A stretch of DNA of 64,000 nt from Spirochaetia bacterium (GCA_963666985.2 CAXXIA010000002.1:2432001-2496000); one strand, 5' to 3'. Positions 39,859-50,230 are shown, counted from the stretch's first letter. Notes: generated from the sequence alone by a model not told the origin. Translations and numbers: made by a program.

Positions 39859-42348
39859 ATGCAGAGAATTTTAGGCGATTTCCGAATGGTAAGAAAAAGA
39901 TCTGTAAAACCGCATACACTCCGTCGGAGTTATTTGGCCGCATTGTTGCCGTATTTCCTGGGGCTTCTTGTTCTGACAATGGCCGGAATGATGATTAACT
40001 CCATCCAAGATCTTTCCCAGGACGAGAAGCGACTTCGGCTGTTAATAAATGAATATGTCGGTGTTAATCTCGATATAATTCAGGATGCGAACGGAATATA
40101 TGATTATTTCTTCGGGAATGATATTGAGAATAAGCTGAGGATTTTTCAGAAAACTTTTTCCGAAATCGGAAATGATCCGATGATGATTGATCTCGAAACG
40201 CTGAAACTGGCATGGGGGGAAAACTGGGATCTTTATATTATCGATTCGGAGGGGATTATCGTCGCAACGACGTATCCCCCCGACCAGGGAATGGATTTTC
40301 GCGTGTTTGCCGAACCCTTCGTTCGAAATCTTGCACACATTCGGGAATCGGGGGAACCCGCAATCGATAAGATTACCCTTGAGAGTTCAGGTAACGGCTA
40401 CCGTAAATACGGGTATTTGTCCAGTGAAGATCGCCGTTACGTCCTGGAATTGGGGCTTCGGATTCCCATCGACGAGCCGCTTTTTCTTCCGGTTAATCCT
40501 TCTCATATAGAAACCCTCTTTTCGTTCATGAAGAAGGAAAACATCACCATCGAGATTGTTCAAATGACCGGACCGCCGAATGAATCCAAGGAGAAGTACG
40601 CCGCTATCCGCAGGGATATGAGAGCGAGCGGCGTGAGTTTCCTGGAAGAGAGGAACTGGGCCAAAGGCACGGTAACAACCTATTCCGATTATAAAACACA
40701 ATGTGAAACTTGCTACCCGACGATTGAAGATTACTTTGTCGTTTCAACCTTCTCAATGAACACGCTAAAGTCCGAATTGATGCACATCATCGTTCTGCAA
40801 TTGCTGCAGATTCTGTGCATCTTCTTTGTCGGTCTGATTTCGTTGCGTTTCATTGTACGTTCACTTGCCGGTCCGATCCGAAACATGATCGACGACATCA
40901 GCCGTATAGCGGAAGGAGAATGGGACCATCCGATCGCCGCACAAAAAAATCGGGAATATATAACGCTGAAAGACTCGGTGGAAAACCTTGTCGCATCCCT
41001 GAAAATTGAGAAAGAGGTAACGCAGGGCAGACAGGCCATAATCGAAAAGCTGGCTTATACCCACAGAATCTCAGGATTGCCGAATCTGCAGTCTTATTAC
41101 GACAGGCGTATTCAAGGAAAGGGTGCGCCGACGGCAGTGGTCTTGCTGAATCTAGATGATTTTTCAAGGGTAAACACCGCATTCGGACATGAGGTCGGGA
41201 ACGAAGTTATCCGGGATTTCGGCCGTAAAATCAGCGAAGCTTTGGTTCGGAATGCAGGGAAAGCGGGTTGGGAACTTTTTCATATCAATACCGACGGTCT
41301 GCTTCTGGTTAGCGTGGAAAAAAACCGGGCTGTGGTCGACATCGGCATCAGAGCCCTTTTCAGCGGGTTGAGTACCGGATTGTTTCTGGACGCAGGACGT
41401 GAATTCTTTTTTACGGTTTCCTTGGGTGCCGTGATTTGCGCCGAAGGATCGGAAGAATCGGAGCAGGAAATGCTTCGAAAGGCCGACATCGCGGTAGATA
41501 AGGCCAAGGAACGCGGGAAGAACGTTCTTGTGTACTTCGAAGACGAATTTGCGATAGATCATCGAAATACCTATGCCTTGGTTCACGATATATGGGACGG
41601 TATCCGCAGTGAATCCCTGCATCTCGTGTACCAGCCCATCGTCGATATCGGGAATACGCATTCCGTAGGATTCGAAGCTTTGCTTCGAACCAGCCCCGAT
41701 ATCGCCATTTCACCGCTCGAAACCATTCAGGCGGCGGAAGACTCAGGATTAATTCACCCGCTGGGGAATTGGATTCTCCGTGAAGCAATCAGTCAGGCGC
41801 GAACGTTCATTAATTCCGGAGTTGATTTCCGATATATCAGTATTAATATTTCTCCGCTCCAGTTTAGGGAACAGGAACTTCCTGCGCGTATTGCCGATAT
41901 GTGTCGGGAAATGGGTGTTTCTCCAAACCGGATTCAGCTTGAAATTACCGAAACGGCCATGATGAAGTTCGAAATGCGCATGATTTCCGTCATTCAAGAG
42001 CTCAAAGAACTGGGATTCCGGATTGCCATGGATGATTTCGGTACCGGCTATTCCTCTCTCGCCTATCTGGCAAGGCTTCCGATCGACGTTATTAAGATTG
42101 AAAAATACATGACGAATGAAGCCTTTAAGGACGCCAAAGTCCGAAGCGTTGTAATACTCATTATGGAAATTGCCAAGGAGCTGAGTCTGGAAGTCATCGC
42201 CGAAGGTATAGAAAGCGATGAACAAGCACTTTGGATGGCGCAGCAGGACTGTTTGCATCATCAGGGGTACCTTTACAGCAGACCGCTCGGCGCCGATCAG
42301 ATCGTTCCATGGCTGACCGATTTCGGGAAGGGAAAACGTACCGGCTGA
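39859..42348 (+). CDS. Membrane HAMP-GGDEF(degenerate)-EAL protein, probable c-di-GMP phosphodiesterase
   Basis: Intact EALLR, SINISP, LEITE, DDFGTGYSSL, AEGIE, QGYL; GGDEF site reads HINTDGL. Start at 39859 or 39886. Confidence 0.9.
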   Translation: MQRILGDFRMVRKRSVKPHTLRRSYLAALLPYFLGLLVLTMAGMMINSIQDLSQDEKRLRLLINEYVGVNLDIIQDANGIYDYFFGNDIENKLRIFQKTFSEIGNDPMMIDLETLKLAWGENWDLYIIDSEGIIVATTYPPDQGMDFRVFAEPFVRNLAHIRESGEPAIDKITLESSGNGYRKYGYLSSEDRRYVLELGLRIPIDEPLFLPVNPSHIETLFSFMKKENITIEIVQMTGPPNESKEKYAAIRRDMRASGVSFLEERNWAKGTVTTYSDYKTQCETCYPTIEDYFVVSTFSMNTLKSELMHIIVLQLLQILCIFFVGLISLRFIVRSLAGPIRNMIDDISRIAEGEWDHPIAAQKNREYITLKDSVENLVASLKIEKEVTQGRQAIIEKLAYTHRISGLPNLQSYYDRRIQGKGAPTAVVLLNLDDFSRVNTAFGHEVGNEVIRDFGRKISEALVRNAGKAGWELFHINTDGLLLVSVEKNRAVVDIGIRALFSGLSTGLFLDAGREFFFTVSLGAVICAEGSEESEQEMLRKADIAVDKAKERGKNVLVYFEDEFAIDHRNTYALVHDIWDGIRSESLHLVYQPIVDIGNTHSVGFEALLRTSPDIAISPLETIQAAEDSGLIHPLGNWILREAISQARTFINSGVDFRYISINISPLQFREQELPARIADMCREMGVSPNRIQLEITETAMMKFEMRMISVIQELKELGFRIAMDDFGTGYSSLAYLARLPIDVIKIEKYMTNEAFKDAKVRSVVILIMEIAKELSLEVIAEGIESDEQALWMAQQDCLHHQGYLYSRPLGADQIVPWLTDFGKGKRTG

Positions 42349-42450
42349 TTGTTATCCGGTGTCTCCTCTTTATCGGAAGGACAGAGCTCTTCGATCGCGG
42401 CCGGCCGGGAGCCGCAGTGTTTTTTCACCGTTCTTCCATATCGCGGAATT

Positions 42451-42957
42451 TCAGGGCCGCGGAAGATTGATAACCTCGACGGAAGGACTCTCCGTACCTG
42501 TTACCTTGAGTCGGACCGAAGAATCCCGGCCGTCTCCGTCGGTACACCGGCATTCAATCGAGATTCGAACAAATCCCGCCTCTTCATCAAGCCTTTTCCG
42601 AATTAACGATTCGGCGGCCTCGAAAAGTTCGAATCGCCGTATTTCCCGGGAATCGTCCTCGGCTCGAATGCCGAATCCGAATCGCTCTCCGTAGCGCATT
42701 TCGAGGATATGGAAATAATGTTTGATAAAGCAAAGCTCTTCTTTGAGCGGGACAAACTCCGAAGAACCCGAAAGATAGGGAAAAAGTCTGCCGAAATGAA
42801 TGAGTGCTTCATCGAGCCGTTCCCGTTCTTCCGCATGGTTTAATCCAACCAGCGACGCCATGACATTCCCGATAAACGGGGGCGATGTTATCGCCGAGAG
42901 CGCTTTCAGGCGGGATTCGCCGAACAACCCGCATTCCATGGTCTCCATGAAAAGCAT
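42451..42957 (-). CDS. Stand-alone LytS/YehU-type histidine-kinase-like domain lacking the phospho-His
   Basis: ESRLKALSAITSPPFIGNVMASL and FVPLKEELCFIKHYFHILEMRYGERF align with the family patterns LKALQAQINPHFLFNTL and VTLxEELxxxxxYLxIxxxRFGDR. Confidence 0.65.
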   Translation of the reverse strand: MLFMETMECGLFGESRLKALSAITSPPFIGNVMASLVGLNHAEERERLDEALIHFGRLFPYLSGSSEFVPLKEELCFIKHYFHILEMRYGERFGFGIRAEDDSREIRRFELFEAAESLIRKRLDEEAGFVRISIECRCTDGDGRDSSVRLKVTGTESPSVEVINLPRP

Positions 42958-43018
42958 TTTATGCCGTCACTTCCTTTCCGACCTTGTCCGGAAGGACAAA
43001 CTCCGGGACAATAGAGCC

Positions 43019-43891
43019 ATGAGGATGGATGTTCCCCCGGCTTCGGCTTACCGGGGAGTCGATTTCTTCGTCGATCCCCAAATTCCCCTCCGGGTGATTC
43101 ATGTCGAAAACGCCCCGTCCTTTCCGGATCATACGCATGATTTCCACGAGCTGGTGCTTGTCTGCGGAGGAAGCGGAATCCACCGTACGAACGGCGCTGA
43201 GTATAAGGTAAAACGCGCCGACGTTTTTCTACTTCCGCGGGGAGCAACCCACGGATATACCGGCACGGATCAATTCGATTATGTTAATGTCGTTTTCGAC
43301 GCTTCCGTTCTTTTCGCGAAAGGCGCACCCGCCGGAACCCCGGGTTCCTTCGATTCCTCTTTTCCCTCAATGGACGGACGCCACAGGAAACTTTCGGCAT
43401 TCGGCTTCCGTGAAATCCTTAATCTGGTCAACAGAATGGATCAGGAACTTCTGCAGAGAAAAATCGGTTATGGCGGAATGATTCGCGCTCTCTTCGAAGA
43501 GGTGTGGTGCCTGCTTGTCAGGGAATGCTCGCGGGAGTATGAAGGACGGAGCGGGAATCCCCATGAGCGTGTGGAGTGGGTTATCCGGTATCTCGAAAAA
43601 GAAGGCGGGCCGGATGTTTCGGTTGCCGACATGGCGTCGGAATCGGGAATGAGTGTTCGTAATTTCCATCGTGTTTTTCGGACTATCGCGGGAATGCCGC
43701 CTTCGGCGTATATCAACGGGCTTCGGATTGAGAGGGCGCGCTCCCTTCTTGAGGAAACCGAATTGACCGTAACGCAGATCGCCGGTTTGGTCGGTTTCGA
43801 CGACAGCAACTACTTCACGAAGATTTTCAAGAGCACCGTGGGCGTTTCTCCGAGACGCTATCGAAATCATGAGTATTTGATTAACGAGTGA
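43019..43891 (+). CDS. AraC-family transcriptional regulator (cupin + HTH, RhaR/RhaS-like)
   Basis: HTHDFHELVLV cupin; TQIAGLVGFDDSNYFTKIFK...GVSPRRYR. Confidence 0.93.
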   Translation: MRMDVPPASAYRGVDFFVDPQIPLRVIHVENAPSFPDHTHDFHELVLVCGGSGIHRTNGAEYKVKRADVFLLPRGATHGYTGTDQFDYVNVVFDASVLFAKGAPAGTPGSFDSSFPSMDGRHRKLSAFGFREILNLVNRMDQELLQRKIGYGGMIRALFEEVWCLLVRECSREYEGRSGNPHERVEWVIRYLEKEGGPDVSVADMASESGMSVRNFHRVFRTIAGMPPSAYINGLRIERARSLLEETELTVTQIAGLVGFDDSNYFTKIFKSTVGVSPRRYRNHEYLINE

Positions 43892-44008
43892 CCCCCCAAA
43901 GCCCGCCCGCCGATTTCTTTATGAGCACGGAACAGGCCCGCTTCGCCGATTCCATATTCGGAGCGCATGACCGGCCGGCATGAAAAGCGCCTTTCAGGCC
44001 GCCGAATA

Positions 44009-45061
44009 TTATTCAATCAGCAGAGGAACATCCTTCCCGCCGCGCTTTTCAACCCGGCCAATCACAGCCGCCCCGGGGCAGCATTGTTCCAAATCGGCCA
44101 TCAGAGCCTCCGCGTTTTCAGGCCGGCAGCTCATTAAGAGGCCGCCCGAGGTTTGGGCATCCGCCAGGAGCATCTTACGCTCGTAAGCGGCGGCATCGGA
44201 CACTTTTACATCGGCCTCAACCTGCTTGAAGTTCCGGAAGCAGGCCCCGGGGATGCATCCCAGTTCCAAGAGATCCAACACCCCGCTCAGGGCCGGGACA
44301 TCTTCCGAGCCGATAACCAGCCGAACATCCGAAGCAAGGGCCATCTCCCGCCCATGTCCCAGAAGGGAAAAACCGGTAACATCGGTGGCGCAGACCACTC
44401 CGTGACGGAGCATCGCTTCGGAAGCGTCCCTGTTAAGCCTCTTCATGCTCGCCACCGCCGTCTGATAATCATTTTCCGAAACCTCGCCGATGCGTCTGCC
44501 CGCGACGATAATACCTGTTCCCAGCGGTTTGGTCAGAATCAGCACGTCACCTGGAAGGGCCCCTCCGTTGGTAACGATTTTCTCCGGATGCACCGTTCCC
44601 GTTACCGCCAAACCGTATTTCGGCGGATCATCGTCGATGGTATGCCCGCCGCAGAGAACGGCGCCGGCTTCCATCACCGCGTCCGCGCCGCCGCGGAGAA
44701 TCTTCCGAAGAATCTCCATATCCAGTTTCGCAGAGGGAAACATCACCAGGTTCAGAGCCGTAATGGGCTTCCCTCCCATCGCATAAATGTCGCTCAGGGC
44801 GTTGGTGGCCGCAACCCGGCCGAAATCGTACGGATCCGAGCAGACCGGGGGGAAAAAATCCGTGGTGGAAACCAAAGCCGTATCCGCGTTGATTCGGTAA
44901 ACGGCCGCGTCGTCCCGGGTATCGTTTCCCACCAGTAAATTGGCATCGTTCAAAGAAGGAAGTCCCTTAAGGACGGCGTCCAGAGCCGCGGCCGGAAGCT
45001 TGGCGGAACAGCCGCCCGATTCAACCGTCGTTAAAAGATCAATTTCGTTTTCTTTTTTCAT
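44009..45061 (-). CDS. selD: Selenide, water dikinase (Cys-type)
   Basis: GGCSAK active-site loop, DDAAVY, TTDFFPP, NALSDIYAMGG, GGHT, TDVTGFSLLGH, DAQTSGGLL. Confidence 0.96.
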   Translation of the reverse strand: MKKENEIDLLTTVESGGCSAKLPAAALDAVLKGLPSLNDANLLVGNDTRDDAAVYRINADTALVSTTDFFPPVCSDPYDFGRVAATNALSDIYAMGGKPITALNLVMFPSAKLDMEILRKILRGGADAVMEAGAVLCGGHTIDDDPPKYGLAVTGTVHPEKIVTNGGALPGDVLILTKPLGTGIIVAGRRIGEVSENDYQTAVASMKRLNRDASEAMLRHGVVCATDVTGFSLLGHGREMALASDVRLVIGSEDVPALSGVLDLLELGCIPGACFRNFKQVEADVKVSDAAAYERKMLLADAQTSGGLLMSCRPENAEALMADLEQCCPGAAVIGRVEKRGGKDVPLLIE

Positions 45062-45168
45062 AGTTCACCGACCCTCGGCGCCCGGCGGTTTATTCCGCAC
45101 CCGGGCTCCTTCACTTTTTTATGCGGAAAGAGCGGCGATGTCGTCCGCTCATCATCAATCCTTTTTCC

Positions 45169-45393
45169 TTACAAAGTCACATCCCGCCTGTCGACGGTTC
45201 CGGCTTCAATCCCCGCTTGTTGAAGAACCCGAGCGACTTTCAGTTCGCAGTCTTCTTCAACCTCCAGCGCCATGCCGCACTTCGGAGAAATGGAACGGGG
45301 AACGGGAATCACCCGGACTTTCAGGTTCGCATCCCGGCAGATCTTCTCAGCTTTGATAACGGAGCGCGTTGAATCGAAGATGTAGATTGTCAC
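45169..45393 (-). CDS. DUF3343 putative Se/S carrier protein
   Basis: FDSTRSVIKAEK...VIPVPRSISPKCGMAL; GTG start with GGAGG RBS. Confidence 0.85.
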   Translation of the reverse strand: MTIYIFDSTRSVIKAEKICRDANLKVRVIPVPRSISPKCGMALEVEEDCELKVARVLQQAGIEAGTVDRRDVTL

Positions 45394-45565
45394 GGAGATA
45401 CCTCCGGCGGGATAATGGGTTTTCGGATTTTTTTCAGACTGTGTTTTAACGGAGACTGCCTCGTCAACGTGCGGCAATCGCCGCCGACGCATCGGCTGAA
45501 GCTTTCGGGCGCTTGTGAGTATCGGCGGCGTTCAAATCCCCTCCATTTTCCCTTTCCTTCGACAA

Positions 45566-46687
45566 TCACGCCGCCGCATCCTCCAGAGCTTTCAGAAGAT
45601 CTTCCAAATCCTGAACCGTATGATAAGGCCCCGGCGCGATTCGGACCGTTCCATCGGGAAACGTTCCCAAAGTGCGATGCGCCAGCGGTGCGCAGTGAAG
45701 CCCTATTCGGGTTTCCACGCCGTGCCGTTCAAATAGCATCATCCCCAGCTGGGAAGGATCCGCTTTTTCGGAAGTTATCGAGAAGAGTTCTCCCTGGTAT
45801 GCGTTCTCGGCGGCCGCGTGGACACGGAGGCCCGGAATCTCGGCGGCCGCGGCAAGGAGATTCAGGAACTCCTCTTTCGTATGGGCCGGCCGGGGCGGCT
45901 CGGAGAGCGAACCGAGCAGACCGAAAAGCCCGGCCACGTTGGGTGTTCCGGCTTCGAAGCGGTCCGGCAGGAATTCGGGCGTTTCCCAGCTTTCCGAACG
46001 GCTGCCCGTACCTCCGTTCACCAGAGGATTCAGATCCAAACCATCGCGAATGAAGAACCCGCCTGTTCCCGTCGGTCCCAGCAGTCCTTTGTGTCCGGTG
46101 AAGGCCAGAAAATCGATGCCCCACTCATCCGCGGTAATCGGCTCGTGACCGGCCGATTGAGAGGCGTCCACCAATAAAGGAATTTTCCCAAGGATTGCTT
46201 TCAGTTCCCCGATGGGCTGGATAACGCCGTTTACGTTTCCCATGTGATTTACCGCGGCCAGAAGGCAGCCGGAGAAATCCATCTCGGCGGCGGCGGCCAT
46301 ATCTACCCGGCCGTCCTTTAAAGACGGCAGAATCCGAATCTCCAGATTCCGGGATACTCGGAGTGCTTCCAGCGGCCGCATCACCGCGTTGTGTTCCAAG
46401 GGACCCGCCAGAATATAACCGTCCTTAAGATTTAAGCCCTTGATTATCGTGTTGATCGCCGAAGTCGCTCCGGAGGTGAACAGGATTCTTTCGGGATTCT
46501 CTGCGCCCAGAAGAGAGGCGGTCATGTCGCGGGCCTCTTCAACCGTCCGGGAAGCTTCCAGCGCCCGGCCGTAGGCGCTGCGTCCGTAAGGACCGCCGAC
46601 TTCATTCAGGTAACGGCTGATTTCCCGGGCACAGGCCTTAGGCTTTGGGAAAGAGGTAGCCGCATTGTCGAAATATCCGTTTGTCAC
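45566..46687 (-). CDS. Cysteine desulfurase / selenocysteine lyase family (PLP aminotransferase class V)
   Basis: YFDNAATSFPKP, LVDASQ, TGHKGLLGP (PLP Lys), RIGLHCAP (catalytic Cys); GTGA overlap with the yedF stop codon. Confidence 0.92.
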   Translation of the reverse strand: MTNGYFDNAATSFPKPKACAREISRYLNEVGGPYGRSAYGRALEASRTVEEARDMTASLLGAENPERILFTSGATSAINTIIKGLNLKDGYILAGPLEHNAVMRPLEALRVSRNLEIRILPSLKDGRVDMAAAAEMDFSGCLLAAVNHMGNVNGVIQPIGELKAILGKIPLLVDASQSAGHEPITADEWGIDFLAFTGHKGLLGPTGTGGFFIRDGLDLNPLVNGGTGSRSESWETPEFLPDRFEAGTPNVAGLFGLLGSLSEPPRPAHTKEEFLNLLAAAAEIPGLRVHAAAENAYQGELFSITSEKADPSQLGMMLFERHGVETRIGLHCAPLAHRTLGTFPDGTVRIAPGPYHTVQDLEDLLKALEDAAA

Positions 46688-47310
46688 GGGGAAACTACGT
46701 GTGAGGCACCCGAAAGGCATTCCAGGATGTCGTACATATTGGAAACAATCCCCGCTCCCACTTTTTCCTTCGCCTTGAAATAGTCCGCGCAGGTTCCGCA
46801 AACCAGGATGCGGACTCCGGATTTCTCCAGGTTTTTCAGACTCTCAAGGACCGGAGATCCTTCCAAGGCCAGATTGATTCCCGAATTATAGAAAACCAAA
46901 GCCGAGGGAAGGGGATCGAGCTCTCCAAGCGTATTGCAGCAGGCCTGAATAAGGATACGCCCCAATTCATCGGAACCTTCCCCCATCTTATCGGTTCGAA
47001 AGCAGAACACCGTTCCGGAACCGCCGGCCGAGGTTTTTTCATTCGGCGCGGGCATCGGACAGTAATCTTCCGCCGCGGAGTGCTTGAACTCTTTCACCGT
47101 CCCGGTAACACGGATGGTGAACGTTTGACCGTTTTCGTCCGTTTCGAAAGGAACGTGATTATCGGTGAGAAACCGCATGACGTTTTCGTATGCCGTTTTA
47201 TTGTCCAGAATAACCTGAAAGTTCTCCAATCCCTCTTTCAGAGCCTTCTTCGTCATAATGAGCGGTTTGGGACAAAGCAGGCCTTGGGCATCGATGATGT
47301 GTTCCGACAT
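46684..47310 (-). CDS. yedF: Selenium-metabolism protein YedF (TusA/SirA + DsrE-like domains)
   Basis: IDAQGLLCPKPLI, MGEGSDELGRIL, FYNSGI, VCGTC, SNMYDI. Confidence 0.9.
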   Translation of the reverse strand: MSEHIIDAQGLLCPKPLIMTKKALKEGLENFQVILDNKTAYENVMRFLTDNHVPFETDENGQTFTIRVTGTVKEFKHSAAEDYCPMPAPNEKTSAGGSGTVFCFRTDKMGEGSDELGRILIQACCNTLGELDPLPSALVFYNSGINLALEGSPVLESLKNLEKSGVRILVCGTCADYFKAKEKVGAGIVSNMYDILECLSGASHVVSP

Positions 47311-47512
47311 TGTATTACCCTCCTGGCTCATATTATCACAACCGAGGTGAGTTCAAAAATCAGCGATTGTGAAACAAGGCCCTTCCATGGCGAATCCGAA
47401 GAGCTTTCGGCCGTCGGATATAAGCTGTTTCATGAAATGAATCTCAACAAATGGAGCTTCGATCCGGAATGTTTTTTTCTTTTTGAAGGATCTTGGAGAA
47501 TTTGCTTCCCGA

Positions 47513-48676
47513 TTAGCCCAATGCCGTTTTTTTCCGCGTTTTATCGGCGTACATCGCGTCATCAACGCATTTTTGGAGTTCGTCTATGTTCTGATGTTCC
47601 GATGGTGAAAAAATCGTATAACCGTAACTGAATTTTAATTGGTATTCTTTTGTCGTCCGAGAATTGACTTCTTGGACCTTTTCTTGAATACGGTCGATGA
47701 TCTGCTCCACCTTCTTCGGATCGTCTTCTTCCATCAGAATGAGGAATTCATCTCCGCCGAATCTTCCCACGCCGTCAATATTGCGGACCGAAACATTAAG
47801 AATGTTGGCCATGGTAATGAGAGCCCGGTCTCCTTCCTTATGGCCGAAACGGTCGTTGATTTCCTTAAATCCGTCCATGTCTATCATCAGCAGCGCGAAT
47901 CCTCCGCGCCGTTTGTATTCAGTAATCCGAGATTGGACAAGATCGTCGATATGCTGCCGATTATAAAGACCGGTCAGATAGTCCCGCACCCCCCTGTGCC
48001 CTTCCAGGTAGAGATAGACGAATATGGTTGCGAGGGCTACCGTGGGCCAGAGAAACGATGTCTGGTACATGAGAATCTGAATAATGCTTCCCACTATGGG
48101 AATGACTTCGAATATAACGATGATCGACAAAGCCCGGAGTCCTACGTCTTTTCTTCTGCGCAGAACCAAGATCATCGACGAGAAGAGGACCGCCGCGTTG
48201 ATTGCCAGGATAAGAGGAATCCCGGGACCCCGATGGTAAATCCCGTTCGCATCCACGGAAAAAATAAAACCGCTGGGAACGGAAGCGATGAGAATCAGCA
48301 AAACCAACAGGAACGGCTGCATGTAATACCAGTGTTTCTTGAGCCGCTCCCGGGAATGGAAAATGAAGTAATCGAGATAGCACAGCCAGAGAATCAGCGG
48401 AATAGTCTCCGCAAGATAATAAAGGTTGTAAGTGAAAAGCGTTATGCCGACAGGCAAGACGGTTTTTCCGTTGAGAAGCCAGAGAATCCCGTCGTACTGC
48501 AGCAAAAAGAGAATGGAAAAGATCATCCTTCGGAACAGTCTGGATTGGAAGGAGCGAATTCTCTTACGTCTGAGCAGGAAGAGAATCATCACCAGAATGA
48601 GACTGAGGAAGAAGCTGAGATCGAATATTTCATAAATGCTTGATAAAGCGATCTTTTTCAGTATCTCGTCAGCCAC
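47513..48676 (-). CDS. Membrane diguanylate cyclase (multi-TM + GGDEF)
   Basis: DYLTGLYNR, IDMDGFKEIND, I-site RNID, RFGGDEF. Confidence 0.94.
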   Translation of the reverse strand: MADEILKKIALSSIYEIFDLSFFLSLILVMILFLLRRKRIRSFQSRLFRRMIFSILFLLQYDGILWLLNGKTVLPVGITLFTYNLYYLAETIPLILWLCYLDYFIFHSRERLKKHWYYMQPFLLVLLILIASVPSGFIFSVDANGIYHRGPGIPLILAINAAVLFSSMILVLRRRKDVGLRALSIIVIFEVIPIVGSIIQILMYQTSFLWPTVALATIFVYLYLEGHRGVRDYLTGLYNRQHIDDLVQSRITEYKRRGGFALLMIDMDGFKEINDRFGHKEGDRALITMANILNVSVRNIDGVGRFGGDEFLILMEEDDPKKVEQIIDRIQEKVQEVNSRTTKEYQLKFSYGYTIFSPSEHQNIDELQKCVDDAMYADKTRKKTALG

Positions 48677-48784
48677 CGGGGGTGCAGCCTCTTGTTAGGG
48701 ATTATTTTGTAATAATAGTATATTAATACGAAGAAACACCAGTGTCGAAATGCGCATATCCGTATTTCGTTCGCGGGAATGTAT

Positions 48785-48811
48785 AAAAAACCGCCGGGGG
48801 AAACCCGGCGG
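48785..48811 (-). terminator. Rho-independent terminator of the ato operon
   Basis: Minus strand CCGCCGGG-tttcc-CCCGGCGG followed by T6. Confidence 0.85.
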
Positions 48812-48838
48812 CAAATATCAATCACTCCGGATGCACAA

Positions 48839-50170
48839 TCAAAAGAGGAAAAGCATAAAGAGTGAAATTACTATTCCGGTATACAACAGTATGACGGTTG
48901 TATAGCCCATAATGTCCCTTATTCCCAGTTTGGCCACACCCAGCAAAGGCAAAGCCCAGAAAGGCTGAATCATGTTCGTCCAGGCATCACCCCAGGCAAC
49001 GGCCATGGCGGTAGTTGAATAGGGAACATTCAATGCCGTGGCCGCGGGAATCATGATGGGGCCCTGTACTCCCCATTGACCGCCGCCGGAAGGAACGAAG
49101 AAGTTGACGATTCCTGCCGAAAGGAAGGTGAAGAAGGGGTATGTCGTTTGATTCGATATGTTCACGAATCCCTGACTGAAGGTTTTGGCCAGACCGGAAT
49201 TGATCATCATGCCCATGATTCCCGCGTAGAAGGGGAACTGCAGGATAACGCCGCCGACGCCTTTAACGGCTTCACCGACGGCATTGACATAGCGGATGGG
49301 CGTCCAATGAAGCAGAATCCCCACGAAAAGGAAGATGAAGTTGACAATGTTCAGGCCGATTGTTCCGCCCTTTACGAAGTAATACACGATGTAGATAAGA
49401 CCGATGCCGCCGATGATAACCGAGATAATCCATGAATTCTCCAGCTTTTCGGCGGGAGTCATTTCGGATTTGGGCTTCGGAGCCTCTTCATCCTCATCTT
49501 CAAAGACTCTTGGGTCGACTTCAAAAATCTCTTCTTTATTTTTCGGAATCATCAGAGCGTTGATTATGGGCATCGTAAACAGCAGCAGGATGCACAAAAC
49601 AATGTTTTGCCAGCAGAAGATGGTTTCGGAAGCCGGGACGATGGCGCCGCCCGCGAATTTTTCCATAATACTGTCGGCACCGGCGATTTTTAGAGGAATG
49701 GAAGCCGAAAGACCTGCGTGCCAGATAACGAAGCCGCTGTAAGCGGAGGCCACAAGCAGAGGATAATGGACTCCCTTAACGCTTTTCGCCACTTCTTTAG
49801 CCAAAAGAGCTCCGACGATCAGTCCGAATCCCCAGTTCAGCCAGCAGCAGACGGCGCTGACGAAACTCACCATCAAAAGAGCTTGCGTGGGAGTTTTTAC
49901 GGCACCGGCCAGTCCCTTCAAAAAGCCTTTTACAGGCTTCGAATTGGCCAGGGCGCTTCCTGTTACGATGATAAGGGCCATCTGCATTGAAAATGTCAGG
50001 AAGGCCCACATCCCGCCGCCGAAGAAACCGACCATGTCCATGAAGCCCTGTCCTTCGACAGCCAATCCCAGCACGAAGACAATCAATGCCAGGATAACGG
50101 CGAAAAGGAACGCGTCAGGGAGCAGCCGCTTTGCGATGTTGGAAAAAACCTTTCCAAGAATCCGAATCAT
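48839..50170 (-). CDS. atoE: Short-chain fatty acid transporter
   Basis: LPDAFLFA, FSMQMALI, NWGFGL, FVPSGGGQW, WGDAWTNMIQPFWALP. Confidence 0.95.
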   Translation of the reverse strand: MIRILGKVFSNIAKRLLPDAFLFAVILALIVFVLGLAVEGQGFMDMVGFFGGGMWAFLTFSMQMALIIVTGSALANSKPVKGFLKGLAGAVKTPTQALLMVSFVSAVCCWLNWGFGLIVGALLAKEVAKSVKGVHYPLLVASAYSGFVIWHAGLSASIPLKIAGADSIMEKFAGGAIVPASETIFCWQNIVLCILLLFTMPIINALMIPKNKEEIFEVDPRVFEDEDEEAPKPKSEMTPAEKLENSWIISVIIGGIGLIYIVYYFVKGGTIGLNIVNFIFLFVGILLHWTPIRYVNAVGEAVKGVGGVILQFPFYAGIMGMMINSGLAKTFSQGFVNISNQTTYPFFTFLSAGIVNFFVPSGGGQWGVQGPIMIPAATALNVPYSTTAMAVAWGDAWTNMIQPFWALPLLGVAKLGIRDIMGYTTVILLYTGIVISLFMLFLF

Positions 50171-50230
50171 GAAACACCTCCACGTATGGTTTTCCGTTTG
50201 GTAAAGGAGCCGTTGTTCGGTGCAGCAAAG

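Noticed and set aside
45394..45565. Possible Sec-containing mini-ORF or tRNA-Sec inside the selenium cluster
   Set aside because: Short TGA-terminated frames have no recognisable protein or SECIS context, and no cloverleaf is visible.
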